DNA of 64,000 bases from an uncultured Chromatiaceae bacterium. Lineage in GTDB: Bacteria; Pseudomonadota; Gammaproteobacteria; Tenderiales; Tenderiaceae. The notes beneath the pieces are model-generated. The model saw only the letters and a list, made by a program, of their open reading frames with translations. It searched no databases and had not been told where the DNA came from. Shown in pieces: positions 29,242-38,021 of the stretch; within the stretch, counting starts at the first letter, position 1; each line of letters opens with the position of its first letter. The DNA is taken from contig CAMYNQ010000001.1 of NCBI GenBank assembly GCA_947259785.1, positions 9,088-73,087 of the forward strand, given 5' to 3'. The translations under genes were made by a program, and so were the position numbers.

Positions 29242-30168
29242 TCACGCTGACAGCCACCCGCGTAGGTAGCCCCAGAAATAGACCATGTTCATCTCCAGCC
29301 GCAGGGAATGATTCTTTCCCCGGCCCAGACGCTGTGAGATCGCCTTCCACACGGCCCGGGCAAACTGGCCAAAGAGATATCGGGGCGGCAGGCGCGAACC
29401 GTTGCCCCGTTTGCGCGTCCCCTCCATACGACCCTGGCGGTAGTGCAGTTCCAGAAAATAGCCGCGCCGAAGTTTATCCACCTGGATGCGGTGATGGATA
29501 ATCGCCTCGGGCACCCAACGTATCTTGCTACCTGCGGCAAGCAAACGTCGATAGAACTCCGTGTCTTCGCCACCATCATTGACGCTGCCCTTACGCCCCA
29601 ACTCGGCATCAAATTCACCGATAGTCGCGAAGAGCTCGCGTCGCACGGCGAAGTTGCCGCCGTAAAACGGCGTATTGGGCTCGGTAAGCCAACACGCTTC
29701 ACCATACTGGTTGAGCCGACCCAGGAAACCAAGCAACTCATCCTGCAGCCAGCTCGGGCGATCGCCATGTTCAAACAGGACCTCGATCCGCCCTCCCAGG
29801 GCATCTGGGCGATGGACCAAAATCGCCTGCTCGTAGGCCTTCAGCCACTGTGAGTCAGGAGTCTCGTCATCATCCACAAACAACAAGTACTCCCCCTTCG
29901 CCTCCTTCAGAGCCCGGTTGCGAGCATTTGACAGACCCAGCTTCATCTCCCGTACGATACGCACAGGCACTTCAAATGGGCGCCACTCAGTTGCCGCCAA
30001 CAGCTGCGGAGTATCATCAGAGCAGCCATTATCCACCACCACCAGCTCCCAGCGACGAGTCGGTGAATTGAGTTTGCCAAGATCCTCCAGGGTACGTTGC
30101 AGACGGTCGGCGTGATTGTGGGTACACAGGGCGACTGTGATTAAGATGGGTTCAGAGGTGTCATTCAT
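29242..30168 (-). CDS. GT2-family glycosyltransferase (tandem paralogue B)
   Basis: ITVALCTHNHADRLQRTLEDL, VVVDNGCSDDT and LFVDDDE. Colinear similarity to 28167-29138 throughout. Confidence 0.8.
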   Translation of the reverse strand: MNDTSEPILITVALCTHNHADRLQRTLEDLGKLNSPTRRWELVVVDNGCSDDTPQLLAATEWRPFEVPVRIVREMKLGLSNARNRALKEAKGEYLLFVDDDETPDSQWLKAYEQAILVHRPDALGGRIEVLFEHGDRPSWLQDELLGFLGRLNQYGEACWLTEPNTPFYGGNFAVRRELFATIGEFDAELGRKGSVNDGGEDTEFYRRLLAAGSKIRWVPEAIIHHRIQVDKLRRGYFLELHYRQGRMEGTRKRGNGSRLPPRYLFGQFARAVWKAISQRLGRGKNHSLRLEMNMVYFWGYLRGWLSA

Positions 30169-30977
30169 TACTGATTCGTTCCTTCCGTCCTCAACCCCAG
30201 CCTGCTTTTAACACGCTCGCCATAATAGTTCAGCGTCTGGCGCCAAGAACCATCATTGCTACCGAAAAACACCTTTCGTGCCAACATCGCCGGGGTGTCG
30301 GTGCCGAAAACATCAAGGCGGCGGATGCGGTAGGGGTGCACGTCACGACGGTTAAATCCAGGCTGCACCGAGAAGGCGGCCTGATAACCCGCCGCTTGCG
30401 CCGCCTTCAACACCCGTTCGTCGTAACGACCATAGGGGTAGGCCAGATAGGGGATCGGCTCATCCAACAGCGCCTGCAAATCCTGACGCGAACCGGCCAG
30501 TTCATCCGCCAATTGCGCATCGCTGAGCGTGGTGAGATCGGGATGCAAGCGGGTGTGAGAATGGAAGGTAAAACCCATGCCACGCATCGCCTCGATCTGT
30601 TCCTTTGCCATCAGCGGATAGGAGGCACCACTAGGGTTGTGACTACGGCACCACTCATCCTCTTTGCCGATCAGCTGACTGACCAGGAATACGGTGGCTG
30701 GCCAATTCATCTCGCGCAATACGGGGGCGGCGTGCTCGCACACCCCCAGAAAGCCGTCATCGAAAGTGAGCAAAAAACTGCCCTCTGGCAGTTCCTTATC
30801 ACCCGCCAGCCAAGCAAAAAAATCATCCAGGCTGCAGGCGCACATGCCCCGCGCCGCCAGTTTTTGCATATGCCCGGCAAACAGCGAAGGGGGCACACAG
30901 TAACGCCGCTCCCAGTCGTTATGGGTTGCACCAACACGATGATACATCAACACCGGGATACGCCGCGCAACACTCAT
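30168..30977 (-). CDS. Polysaccharide deacetylase (CE4/NodB fold)
   Basis: IPVLMYHRVG, LLTFDDGF (Asp-Asp motif) and FHSHTRLHPDL (His motif). Confidence 0.8.
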   Translation of the reverse strand: MSVARRIPVLMYHRVGATHNDWERRYCVPPSLFAGHMQKLAARGMCACSLDDFFAWLAGDKELPEGSFLLTFDDGFLGVCEHAAPVLREMNWPATVFLVSQLIGKEDEWCRSHNPSGASYPLMAKEQIEAMRGMGFTFHSHTRLHPDLTTLSDAQLADELAGSRQDLQALLDEPIPYLAYPYGRYDERVLKAAQAAGYQAAFSVQPGFNRRDVHPYRIRRLDVFGTDTPAMLARKVFFGSNDGSWRQTLNYYGERVKSRLGLRTEGTNQ

Positions 30978-31930
30978 GCTTGCTTTTCCTCACGGCCACG
31001 ATCAACGTCGCCAACTAATTTCTCAAACAAAAAATCGGGTAATAGTGCGGGCAATACATATTTCAGGTCTCTAAACCCATATAAGCGCTGCTTAAACGCA
31101 ATCTGAAACAGCTTCTGGGCATTACCAAGATCACGGCGCCAATAGGCACGATAGGCCTCGCGCAGCAGCTGCGCGTCCACCAACTCATGCACCCTATCTG
31201 CCCCCAGATGAGCAGTTAGGTCCGGAAATTGGCTGACGAAGTCGCGCCGCACCTGTATGGCGTCGAGTACTTGCCGCCACTTGGTGGCGGAGATTTGGCC
31301 GCTACCATGCCAACGGTAGTAGGCCATCACCTCCGGCACCCGCACGATATTTTGGGTATGGCCATAAATACGCAACCACAGATCATAATCCATGGAGGAA
31401 AAACGGCGTTCAGAGAAACCATTGATTGCGTCCAGCACAGAACGCTTAACCAACGCCGCATGGATAGGCCAGGGGCAGCTCCTGAGAAACTCGGCGACAG
31501 CATCCTGCTGCTCATAGGCTGGCGGGATGAAGGGCTCGGTATTGGCCGCCTGCTCGCCCACGTTCTGCCAGCCGCAATACGCCAGATCGGCCTTATTTTG
31601 TTGCAGGGCGGTCAAAAGCTTTTCCAGACAATCCTCCCGCCACCAGTCGTCCGCATCGAGAAAGGCGACATAGGCACCCCGGGCATGACGCAAACCGAGG
31701 TTTCTGGCCGGATATGGCCCTTTTCGATTCTGGGAGAGCAACTGAATACGGCCGAGATGTGCCTCAGCTAGACGACTGACTATCTCCGCCGAACCATCCT
31801 GGGAGCCATCATCCACAACAATGACCTCAATGTCATGATGAGTCTGCCCCAATGCGCTGCCGATAGCCTCTTCCACATAAGGAGCAGCGTTGTAGCAAGG
31901 CATGATTACCGAGACAAAACTATCCTGCAT
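30974..31930 (-). CDS. GT2-family glycosyltransferase
   Basis: VSVIMPCYNAAPYVEEAIGSAL, VIVVDDGSQDGS and AFLDADDWW. Confidence 0.85.
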   Translation of the reverse strand: MQDSFVSVIMPCYNAAPYVEEAIGSALGQTHHDIEVIVVDDGSQDGSAEIVSRLAEAHLGRIQLLSQNRKGPYPARNLGLRHARGAYVAFLDADDWWREDCLEKLLTALQQNKADLAYCGWQNVGEQAANTEPFIPPAYEQQDAVAEFLRSCPWPIHAALVKRSVLDAINGFSERRFSSMDYDLWLRIYGHTQNIVRVPEVMAYYRWHGSGQISATKWRQVLDAIQVRRDFVSQFPDLTAHLGADRVHELVDAQLLREAYRAYWRRDLGNAQKLFQIAFKQRLYGFRDLKYVLPALLPDFLFEKLVGDVDRGREEKQA

Positions 31931-31988
31931 ACGCTACCTCGGGATCACCCAAACAACCAACGTATCTAAACATAACTTAACCACCTAA

Positions 31989-33104
31989 CTACGACCGCCC
32001 TAATAGGCCTGACAAAAACCACTTCCATCCCACCACACTATCCGCAGCGGCCGTACCACGCATCAGTATCGAGGTTTTACGCAATTTTGAGGCCTTTTTC
32101 GCCATATTACCCTCAGTGAGCATCAGCAAAGTAACCTGATCATTCTCACTGGACTCTATTCTTTGAATAAAAGCACCAGGCTTTAAGTATGTTTCGTAAT
32201 ACTTGATGGCATGTGATCTCATCTCAGCGATCTGTTCCTGATCCATCGCCAGTGCCAGTTTAATCTTCTGTTCCAAATCACGCTCATCATCAAATACGAT
32301 GCAGTTTTCCATATCGCTAAGCGCAGGATCAAACCACTCTGGATAATTGGTGATAGGAATCGCACCAACCGCCATCGCCTCAACCGCATTGTGGCACATG
32401 GGCATCACGTACCCGGGTGGACTCAAAAAAAAGTCTGCCATAGCCAGGTTACTTAGCCAGTAGCGATCGTCCACCCAAATCTTACCGGTATCTACAATCA
32501 CGCACTTGTTGGCATAGGTATTCGACAGCTCACTGAGAACCGGCAAATCCTCCACAAAGAGCGAAACATTGCTCATGCGGTCTCGAATGGCCTCCATAAT
32601 CTTGAGGCGCGGCAGTTTGGCTTTGGGGTACTTGACACGATTCCGGACATAGCCCTCGGTATCTCCGGAAAAAAAGACCCGAATACTCTTCTTCGTCGCC
32701 CTGTATTCTTCAAGCCCTAGCTCGTAGTTACGTGTCGCATGAACGGGATGGACGGTAAAGGGCATAATGATCGGCTGTTCGAACCAATAGGGAGAAAAAA
32801 CATCAAATCCAATCCGGACTTTTTTACGCCAGGCATGATTCCCGATCGTCTCATCCTCTTTATCAAAAAGATAAATCCAGCCGGTCAAATCATCGGGAAT
32901 CGCATCAACTACTGAGACATTCTCAAGCGAGAATGCCATCTGGGCATATTTTTCCAACTCCTGATCACGGAAATTGTTAAATAGTTTTATCTGATATCCC
33001 GCCAATGAAAATGCATTAAGCAACGAAAACAACAGCCGCCCCTGTTCGAGGAGGATCTCGTTCTCCAAGAACTTTGCAAACACGATCTGTTTATTACGCA
33101 TCAT
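31989..33104 (-). CDS. Hypothetical protein with an exostosin-like (GT47-like) C-terminal glycosyltransferase motif
   Basis: ADFFLSPPGYVMPMCHNAVEAMAVGAIPI resembles the exostosin motif FCL.P.G....R..EA...GCIPV. A decayed paralogue lies at 40081-40403. Confidence 0.4.
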   Translation of the reverse strand: MMRNKQIVFAKFLENEILLEQGRLLFSLLNAFSLAGYQIKLFNNFRDQELEKYAQMAFSLENVSVVDAIPDDLTGWIYLFDKEDETIGNHAWRKKVRIGFDVFSPYWFEQPIIMPFTVHPVHATRNYELGLEEYRATKKSIRVFFSGDTEGYVRNRVKYPKAKLPRLKIMEAIRDRMSNVSLFVEDLPVLSELSNTYANKCVIVDTGKIWVDDRYWLSNLAMADFFLSPPGYVMPMCHNAVEAMAVGAIPITNYPEWFDPALSDMENCIVFDDERDLEQKIKLALAMDQEQIAEMRSHAIKYYETYLKPGAFIQRIESSENDQVTLLMLTEGNMAKKASKLRKTSILMRGTAAADSVVGWKWFLSGLLGRS

Positions 33105-33198
33105 TTTGTCTCTTATACCGGCGATTCATCAATGATGCCGGGCTAGCCCAGTCGCTATAGCCAAACCATTTGTCATTCGACACCTTATATACCCCAAC

Positions 33199-34275
33199 CT
33201 ACTCCCTCAAAAACTCCTGACGGGCCACCTCAAGATAACCATGCCCGAAACGCAAGTCCGGCTCCATGTGATTGCCTTCAGCCCACTCGTTCCAGGCCTT
33301 GATAAAGAGGATTTTATTTTCATCGGGATGGCCTTCCACCTTTGACAGGGCCTCCTTCAGGTGACGCCGAAACAGCTCCGGGGTCGATCCATGGAACACA
33401 AGTCCATTCATGTTGGCTCTCGGAGTATTATCCCAATTTGGCAACACACAGGGATAATCCATAAAATCAGGCCTGTTTTTTCGCAAAAGGAAGGCGAGCA
33501 TTTCTTCATAGGTGTAGATCGACAGCTGATGCTTACCCTGCCCCACCATAACCTTGAGCTTGGCATCAAGAAAACGGCTGGGCACCCGCCCATTACGCGG
33601 CGGCAACTTTTGCATCATGCAGGCATCAAACCCCCGCTGGCGAGGATCCCACTCCGGCTCAAAATGTGAGATACCCACCAAATGCAGCCCTTTCAGCCCT
33701 GCCTGCTGCGCCCGTTCACGCCAGTAATCAGTCACACGCTGGACATCCGGAATATCATCTGGTTTGTACACTAGAAACAGCGGCTTACCATCTACAGTGA
33801 TATAGCGGAAATCACTAAATGCTTTCAAAAGAAAATCAAAATGAGCCGCATGGTCCTCCATCCCAGGATAGACCTGCTCGACCAGGATGCGGTCGGGAGT
33901 CCCCTGCCAGATACTATTCCAGCTATGGTTGGCCCAGCACAAACAGAAAGGAAAATCAGGCTCACCCAGCGCCAAGATGTCATTTACCGGGCGTTCCAAC
34001 ATCCTTCGCCCACCAAACCAATAGTGGTAATAGCAAAACCCCTCAATACCATACTGTTGCGCCAGCTCAGCCTGGGCTGCACGGGCCTCCGGCAGACGCA
34101 GGTCATAAAAACCAAGATCAGCAGGAACGTGCGGCTGATAATGACCGCGATATAAAGGCTTAGCCTTAGCGGTGTTGGTCCATTCAGTAAACCCCTTACC
34201 CCACCATTCATCGTTTTCAGGAATAGGATGGAACTGCGGCAAATGAAAGGCAATAGCACGTGCTTTCTTGTCCAT
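33199..34275 (-). CDS. WbsX-like (GH99-like fold) polysaccharide biosynthesis protein
   Basis: AIAFHLPQFHPIPENDEWWGKGFTEWTNTAKAKPLY...GIEGFCYYHYWFGG is the characteristic N-terminus of the Glyco_tran_WbsX family. Confidence 0.8.
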   Translation of the reverse strand: MDKKARAIAFHLPQFHPIPENDEWWGKGFTEWTNTAKAKPLYRGHYQPHVPADLGFYDLRLPEARAAQAELAQQYGIEGFCYYHYWFGGRRMLERPVNDILALGEPDFPFCLCWANHSWNSIWQGTPDRILVEQVYPGMEDHAAHFDFLLKAFSDFRYITVDGKPLFLVYKPDDIPDVQRVTDYWRERAQQAGLKGLHLVGISHFEPEWDPRQRGFDACMMQKLPPRNGRVPSRFLDAKLKVMVGQGKHQLSIYTYEEMLAFLLRKNRPDFMDYPCVLPNWDNTPRANMNGLVFHGSTPELFRRHLKEALSKVEGHPDENKILFIKAWNEWAEGNHMEPDLRFGHGYLEVARQEFLRE

Positions 34276-34691
34276 AATTTTTAATCTTTGGCATAGCTCG
34301 GGATACTTGGGACACTCACAATCACGTCAAGCACCTACTAGTACGCTATGACCCACATGACCTCTAAATTGAATTCAAAATCTGACGCATTGTAGCGTAA
34401 ATCATAGGGCATTTGTGCGATCACTATTACCTCGCCCACGCATCGCCACACACCTGAACGACCTTAAAAACGGAGGAAATTGACACTTAACCACGGCAAA
34501 ATGTGTAATATATGGGCGATCTAAACATAAGCCTTAGTCCAGACTGCGATACTTACCAATATTGATTATTGGCGACTCAAGCACTTTTTCGAGATATTTG
34601 CCTTTAATGAACAAACAATTGTGTCATCCTTTTCCGAAAAAGAACGCATCTATTCGAGACAGGCACGAAGAGATTCCGGGGTAAATAGAGA

Positions 34692-36071
34692 GTGAACACA
34701 ACTACACAAGCAAAAGTATTTTGCATTGGCCTATCCAAAACAGCCACCACTAGCCTGGCCGCCGCCCTAACCCAACTCGGATACAAGGTCAGAGATAACA
34801 TTGGTGTCACACGGTACACCGCCGGGGATATCAGCTGCATAGATGAGCATGAATTAAAGAGTCACGACGCCTTCACCGACACGCCAATCCCTTCCTTTTA
34901 CAAACAACTCGATGCCAAATACCCGGGCTCCAAGTTCATCCTGACCAGCCGTGAACTAAAAGCCTGGCTCTTATCGTGCAAAAAGCAGTTCACCCAAAAA
35001 CATGCTGATGCACGCAGTGACGCAGTCAATCAGTTGTTTCTGGACCTTTATGACAGCACCTGTTTTGATGAGGAAAAATTCACCCATGGCTACAATCGCT
35101 TTGTCGCCGATGCGAAAGACTATTTCAAAGACCGCCCATCAGATTTTTTGGTGATCGACCTATGCGAAGGTGAGGGCTGGGACAAACTCTGCCAATTCCT
35201 GGGCAAACACATCCCTGATATCCCGGTTCCAGTGACAAATGTCACCAAGATCCAGTGGCTAAAAGTTGAAGATATTGTCGCTATCGCCCGCGAGGCGGGG
35301 AAAAAACTTCCCCAACCCCCTCAGATCTCCAACACGACACCAAGCACCCCCGCTGTGGGAATACTCGGCCGGATCAGCAACAAGATACAAGCGGCAAAAT
35401 CTCAGCGCCAGCGTAAAAATATACAAAAGTCTAAAAATGCGGCCCATAAAATCATCGTAGATGGACTCACAAGACTAAATCCGACGATACCAATCCTGTC
35501 TGTAGAAGGCCAAAATGAACCCTACTCGGAACGGAAGGGCTGGAGCCATCTCTGGCTAATTGATATCCACAGCGGGGCAGAAGCCTACCTTAATCATGGC
35601 ACCCCATTAACCGTCAGCATTGCATTGATCGAAAATGGCTCACCCAGGACAGGGGTCGTATATATCCCTAAAAAGGACACTGTCTACTACACAAAAAACA
35701 CCGCCGTCAGCTTCAAACAGGTAGGACACAGCGAGCCCATAGAGTTACATGCCGATAACGATCAAGATCAAGATCAGAGATTACCCGTCATCTCGTCTGC
35801 TGGAAACATCCCATCTGATGTGCTTGCGTGCCACAACAATACTGATAACACCACCACTCAAAGACAGCAAGCCACTGCATTGGCGCTATGTGCGGTTGCC
35901 GAAGGTGCTGCAAAGGCCTACATTGGCACTGAGTCGGCGAAAGAGTGGGAGGTTGCAGCAGCCCACGCCATTATCAATGGCGCAGGAAAAAAGCTCATAA
36001 ATCACCTAACAGGTGAAACGCCTCGATACAATGGAGAACACTTGGCAGTGGAGCCAATTTTGGCAAAGTAA
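34692..36071 (+). CDS. Fusion protein: N-terminal sulfotransferase (4 of 7; Sulfotransfer_4-like) plus a C-terminal degenerate CysQ/inositol-monophosphatase-like domain
   Basis: N-terminus: VFCIGLSKTATTSLAAALTQLGY. C-terminal half is colinear with CysQ: AAHKIIVDGLTRLNPTIPILSVEG, WLIDIHSGAEAYL (in place of W.VDP.DGT), LTVSIALIENGSPRTGVVYIP and KEWEVAAAHAIINGAG (in place of WDTAAG). GTG start per the ORF track. Confidence 0.7.
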   Translation: MNTTTQAKVFCIGLSKTATTSLAAALTQLGYKVRDNIGVTRYTAGDISCIDEHELKSHDAFTDTPIPSFYKQLDAKYPGSKFILTSRELKAWLLSCKKQFTQKHADARSDAVNQLFLDLYDSTCFDEEKFTHGYNRFVADAKDYFKDRPSDFLVIDLCEGEGWDKLCQFLGKHIPDIPVPVTNVTKIQWLKVEDIVAIAREAGKKLPQPPQISNTTPSTPAVGILGRISNKIQAAKSQRQRKNIQKSKNAAHKIIVDGLTRLNPTIPILSVEGQNEPYSERKGWSHLWLIDIHSGAEAYLNHGTPLTVSIALIENGSPRTGVVYIPKKDTVYYTKNTAVSFKQVGHSEPIELHADNDQDQDQRLPVISSAGNIPSDVLACHNNTDNTTTQRQQATALALCAVAEGAAKAYIGTESAKEWEVAAAHAIINGAGKKLINHLTGETPRYNGEHLAVEPILAK

Positions 36072-36090
36072 TGGACTTCAATATAATTTT

Positions 36091-37002
36091 ATGACCACGC
36101 ACGGATCAGGATGGAAATCTTTGTGGCACCGAGCCACAAATGTTTACAAGCAGAGCTCGCCGAACATGCCTACACGTGCTTTGCTCGACAACCCAAAAGA
36201 ATATGTCAAAATTTATGGCGAGCGAAATACCGGCACGAATTTTGTCCAACAAATGATCCGCCAGAATTTCCGATGCCAGCCAATACCTGGGACCTTGGCG
36301 GATGCCTGCCCTGGTTATCGAGAATCCATCGAAGAAGAACTCAAACCCAGGGTTTCAGATGAAGCAAAAAAAATAATGATCCGCCAGACAAAGATGGATG
36401 CCTATTTTCGGGGCAACCTATGGAACACCCTCGGGTGGAAACATGCTGTACCACCAATCGAGGTAATCTTAGCCCGCCCGGATCGAGACAACATCCAATT
36501 TGTTACTGTCACCAAAAACCCATATGCCTGGGCACTATCGTTATTTCGTCGCCCATATGAAAACATCAGTATCAAGGGCCCTGACAAGTTCTCCGACTTT
36601 ATTTCCGAGCCATGGGTGACGGTTGAGCGCGACAACGCCCCCGCCATTCTGGCAAGCCCGATTGAACTATGGAATATTAAAGAGAGTGGTTACGAGCGTT
36701 TAGCAAAAGAGGTTGACGTACTGCGCTGCCGTTATGAAGACGTCCTTATCGACCCCTCTCACTTCCTGACGTCACTATCAAACCATCTGGAGAAGACAAA
36801 TGATGAGTTTGAGATAGTAACCGACGCCGCCAAGGAAAGGGATAAAGGCAAAAAGGACTTAAACTACTATCAAGACTACTATCTAAATCAGCGATGGCGA
36901 GACAACCTTAACGCCGGCGATATCCGCTTGATAAATCGTTTCTTGGACCGCTCTGTAGTAGAAGAAGCTGGGTATGAAATGCTAACACCTATGACTGAGT
37001 AA
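36091..37002 (+). CDS. Putative sulfotransferase (5 of 7), divergent
   Basis: YVKIYGERNTGTNFVQQMI (P-loop-like 5'-PSB) and VTVTKNPYAWALSLF (RNPxxxxxS-like 3'-PB). ATG 36091 was chosen because it lies just after the upstream stop; the track ORF begins at 36013. Confidence 0.4.
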   Translation: MTTHGSGWKSLWHRATNVYKQSSPNMPTRALLDNPKEYVKIYGERNTGTNFVQQMIRQNFRCQPIPGTLADACPGYRESIEEELKPRVSDEAKKIMIRQTKMDAYFRGNLWNTLGWKHAVPPIEVILARPDRDNIQFVTVTKNPYAWALSLFRRPYENISIKGPDKFSDFISEPWVTVERDNAPAILASPIELWNIKESGYERLAKEVDVLRCRYEDVLIDPSHFLTSLSNHLEKTNDEFEIVTDAAKERDKGKKDLNYYQDYYLNQRWRDNLNAGDIRLINRFLDRSVVEEAGYEMLTPMTE

Positions 37003-37285
37003 CCCCTGCATCCTATATGCGCTCAGTGGCAATGACCTTTCCCCCCAGCCCAGCGAGCAACGAGAAATCTCAGCTATATCGTGATTCCAGCCAGGAAAAA
37101 GTTCGTCCTGGAGGACTGCTTATTTCTGTATTGCATAACTAATAACTTCGCTTCATTTTCAGTAAAAACAGATCAAGCATGGAATACCCCTTGCTTCAAA
37201 CACAATATTCGCATCGGACATAGCCGCCTCCAAATTCCAACTTAAACCAAACAAGGTGATATTTTAGGCATTCCAGTAAGCGGCT

Positions 37286-37969
37286 TTACACTTGATCAAA
37301 CTTGTATCCAAATAGTCGGATATCGTTTTTGTGTCGTTCTGCAACGATAGCTTTGCTCTCATCATCATAGTATTCTGAATAGTGATAGCCCTGCTTAAAT
37401 CCAGACTTCAAATGCGGCAATGAAACCTCCGCAACACCAATCCACCTGCAAACTTCCTTGATGTCATCTTCAAGATTTTCGTAACGGATAACAAATTCAA
37501 CACAAAGCTCATCGTCAAAAAGGTAAAAGCTATCATTAGTCTTCCACTCACCCTTTACAAACTTTGAAAACAACTTTCTCGTTTCCCGTAATTCGTTGAA
37601 TGGCACCCCTAGCCTGTGATGGAGCCGTCTGCGCGGCTTGAACTCAGGGTCATTCCTGCTTTTCCAATTAAACAATGAAACTACGCGATCCCACGGATTC
37701 CGGGTGATACTGAACTTGAAATAGTTATCCCAGATTTCCTGCCCAACTCTACTTCTTATCGTGTTCGCCTCATCATGCTGATGATAATCACCGGCATTCA
37801 TGGACTGGTGAATCCACTCACCCTTTTCATTTCTGTTAAAAACATAATCACCAAGCGGCGTAACAACATCATCACCACTACAATGATTTGAAAGAGCCGA
37901 CTCTAGACTCGTCCCTGCGGTTTTGAACGACTTTATAAAGATAAACTTATGACTGTGCGAAATAATCAT
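37286..37969 (-). CDS. Sulfotransferase family 2 protein (6 of 7)
   Basis: HKFIFIKSFKTAGTSLESAL and FSITRNPWDRVVSLF are the canonical Sulfotransfer_2 motifs. Confidence 0.8.
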   Translation of the reverse strand: MIISHSHKFIFIKSFKTAGTSLESALSNHCSGDDVVTPLGDYVFNRNEKGEWIHQSMNAGDYHQHDEANTIRSRVGQEIWDNYFKFSITRNPWDRVVSLFNWKSRNDPEFKPRRRLHHRLGVPFNELRETRKLFSKFVKGEWKTNDSFYLFDDELCVEFVIRYENLEDDIKEVCRWIGVAEVSLPHLKSGFKQGYHYSEYYDDESKAIVAERHKNDIRLFGYKFDQV

Positions 37970-38021
37970 TCCGTCACCCTCCCTAACCTGAACCTAAACG
38001 TCTAATTCTAATATGGTCTAG

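Noticed and set aside
29436-29443. GGCGGTAG, the 8-nt ops/JUMPStart core for RfaH-dependent antitermination
   Set aside because: It lies on the plus strand inside a minus-strand GT2 coding region, not in a 5' leader. One or two chance occurrences of any 8-mer are expected in 128 kb of two-strand sequence. No ops element was found in the real leader regions I scanned.
30168-30977. Calling the CE4 gene the PEP-CTERM-locus-specific polysaccharide deacetylase subfamily
   Set aside because: Its N-terminus (IPVLMYHRVG) looks like the general PgdA/PgaB-type CE4 rather than the XrtA-specific subfamily signature as I recall it. That subfamily's gene normally sits next to the FemAB-like gene, which would be beyond the right edge. 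It is therefore kept as a generic CE4.
37091-37111. Hairpin CCAGGA-N9-TCCTGG in the 283-nt convergent intergenic region, considered as a terminator
   Set aside because: The stem is only 6 bp, the loop is 9 nt, and there is no adjacent U-run on either strand. This is too weak to annotate.
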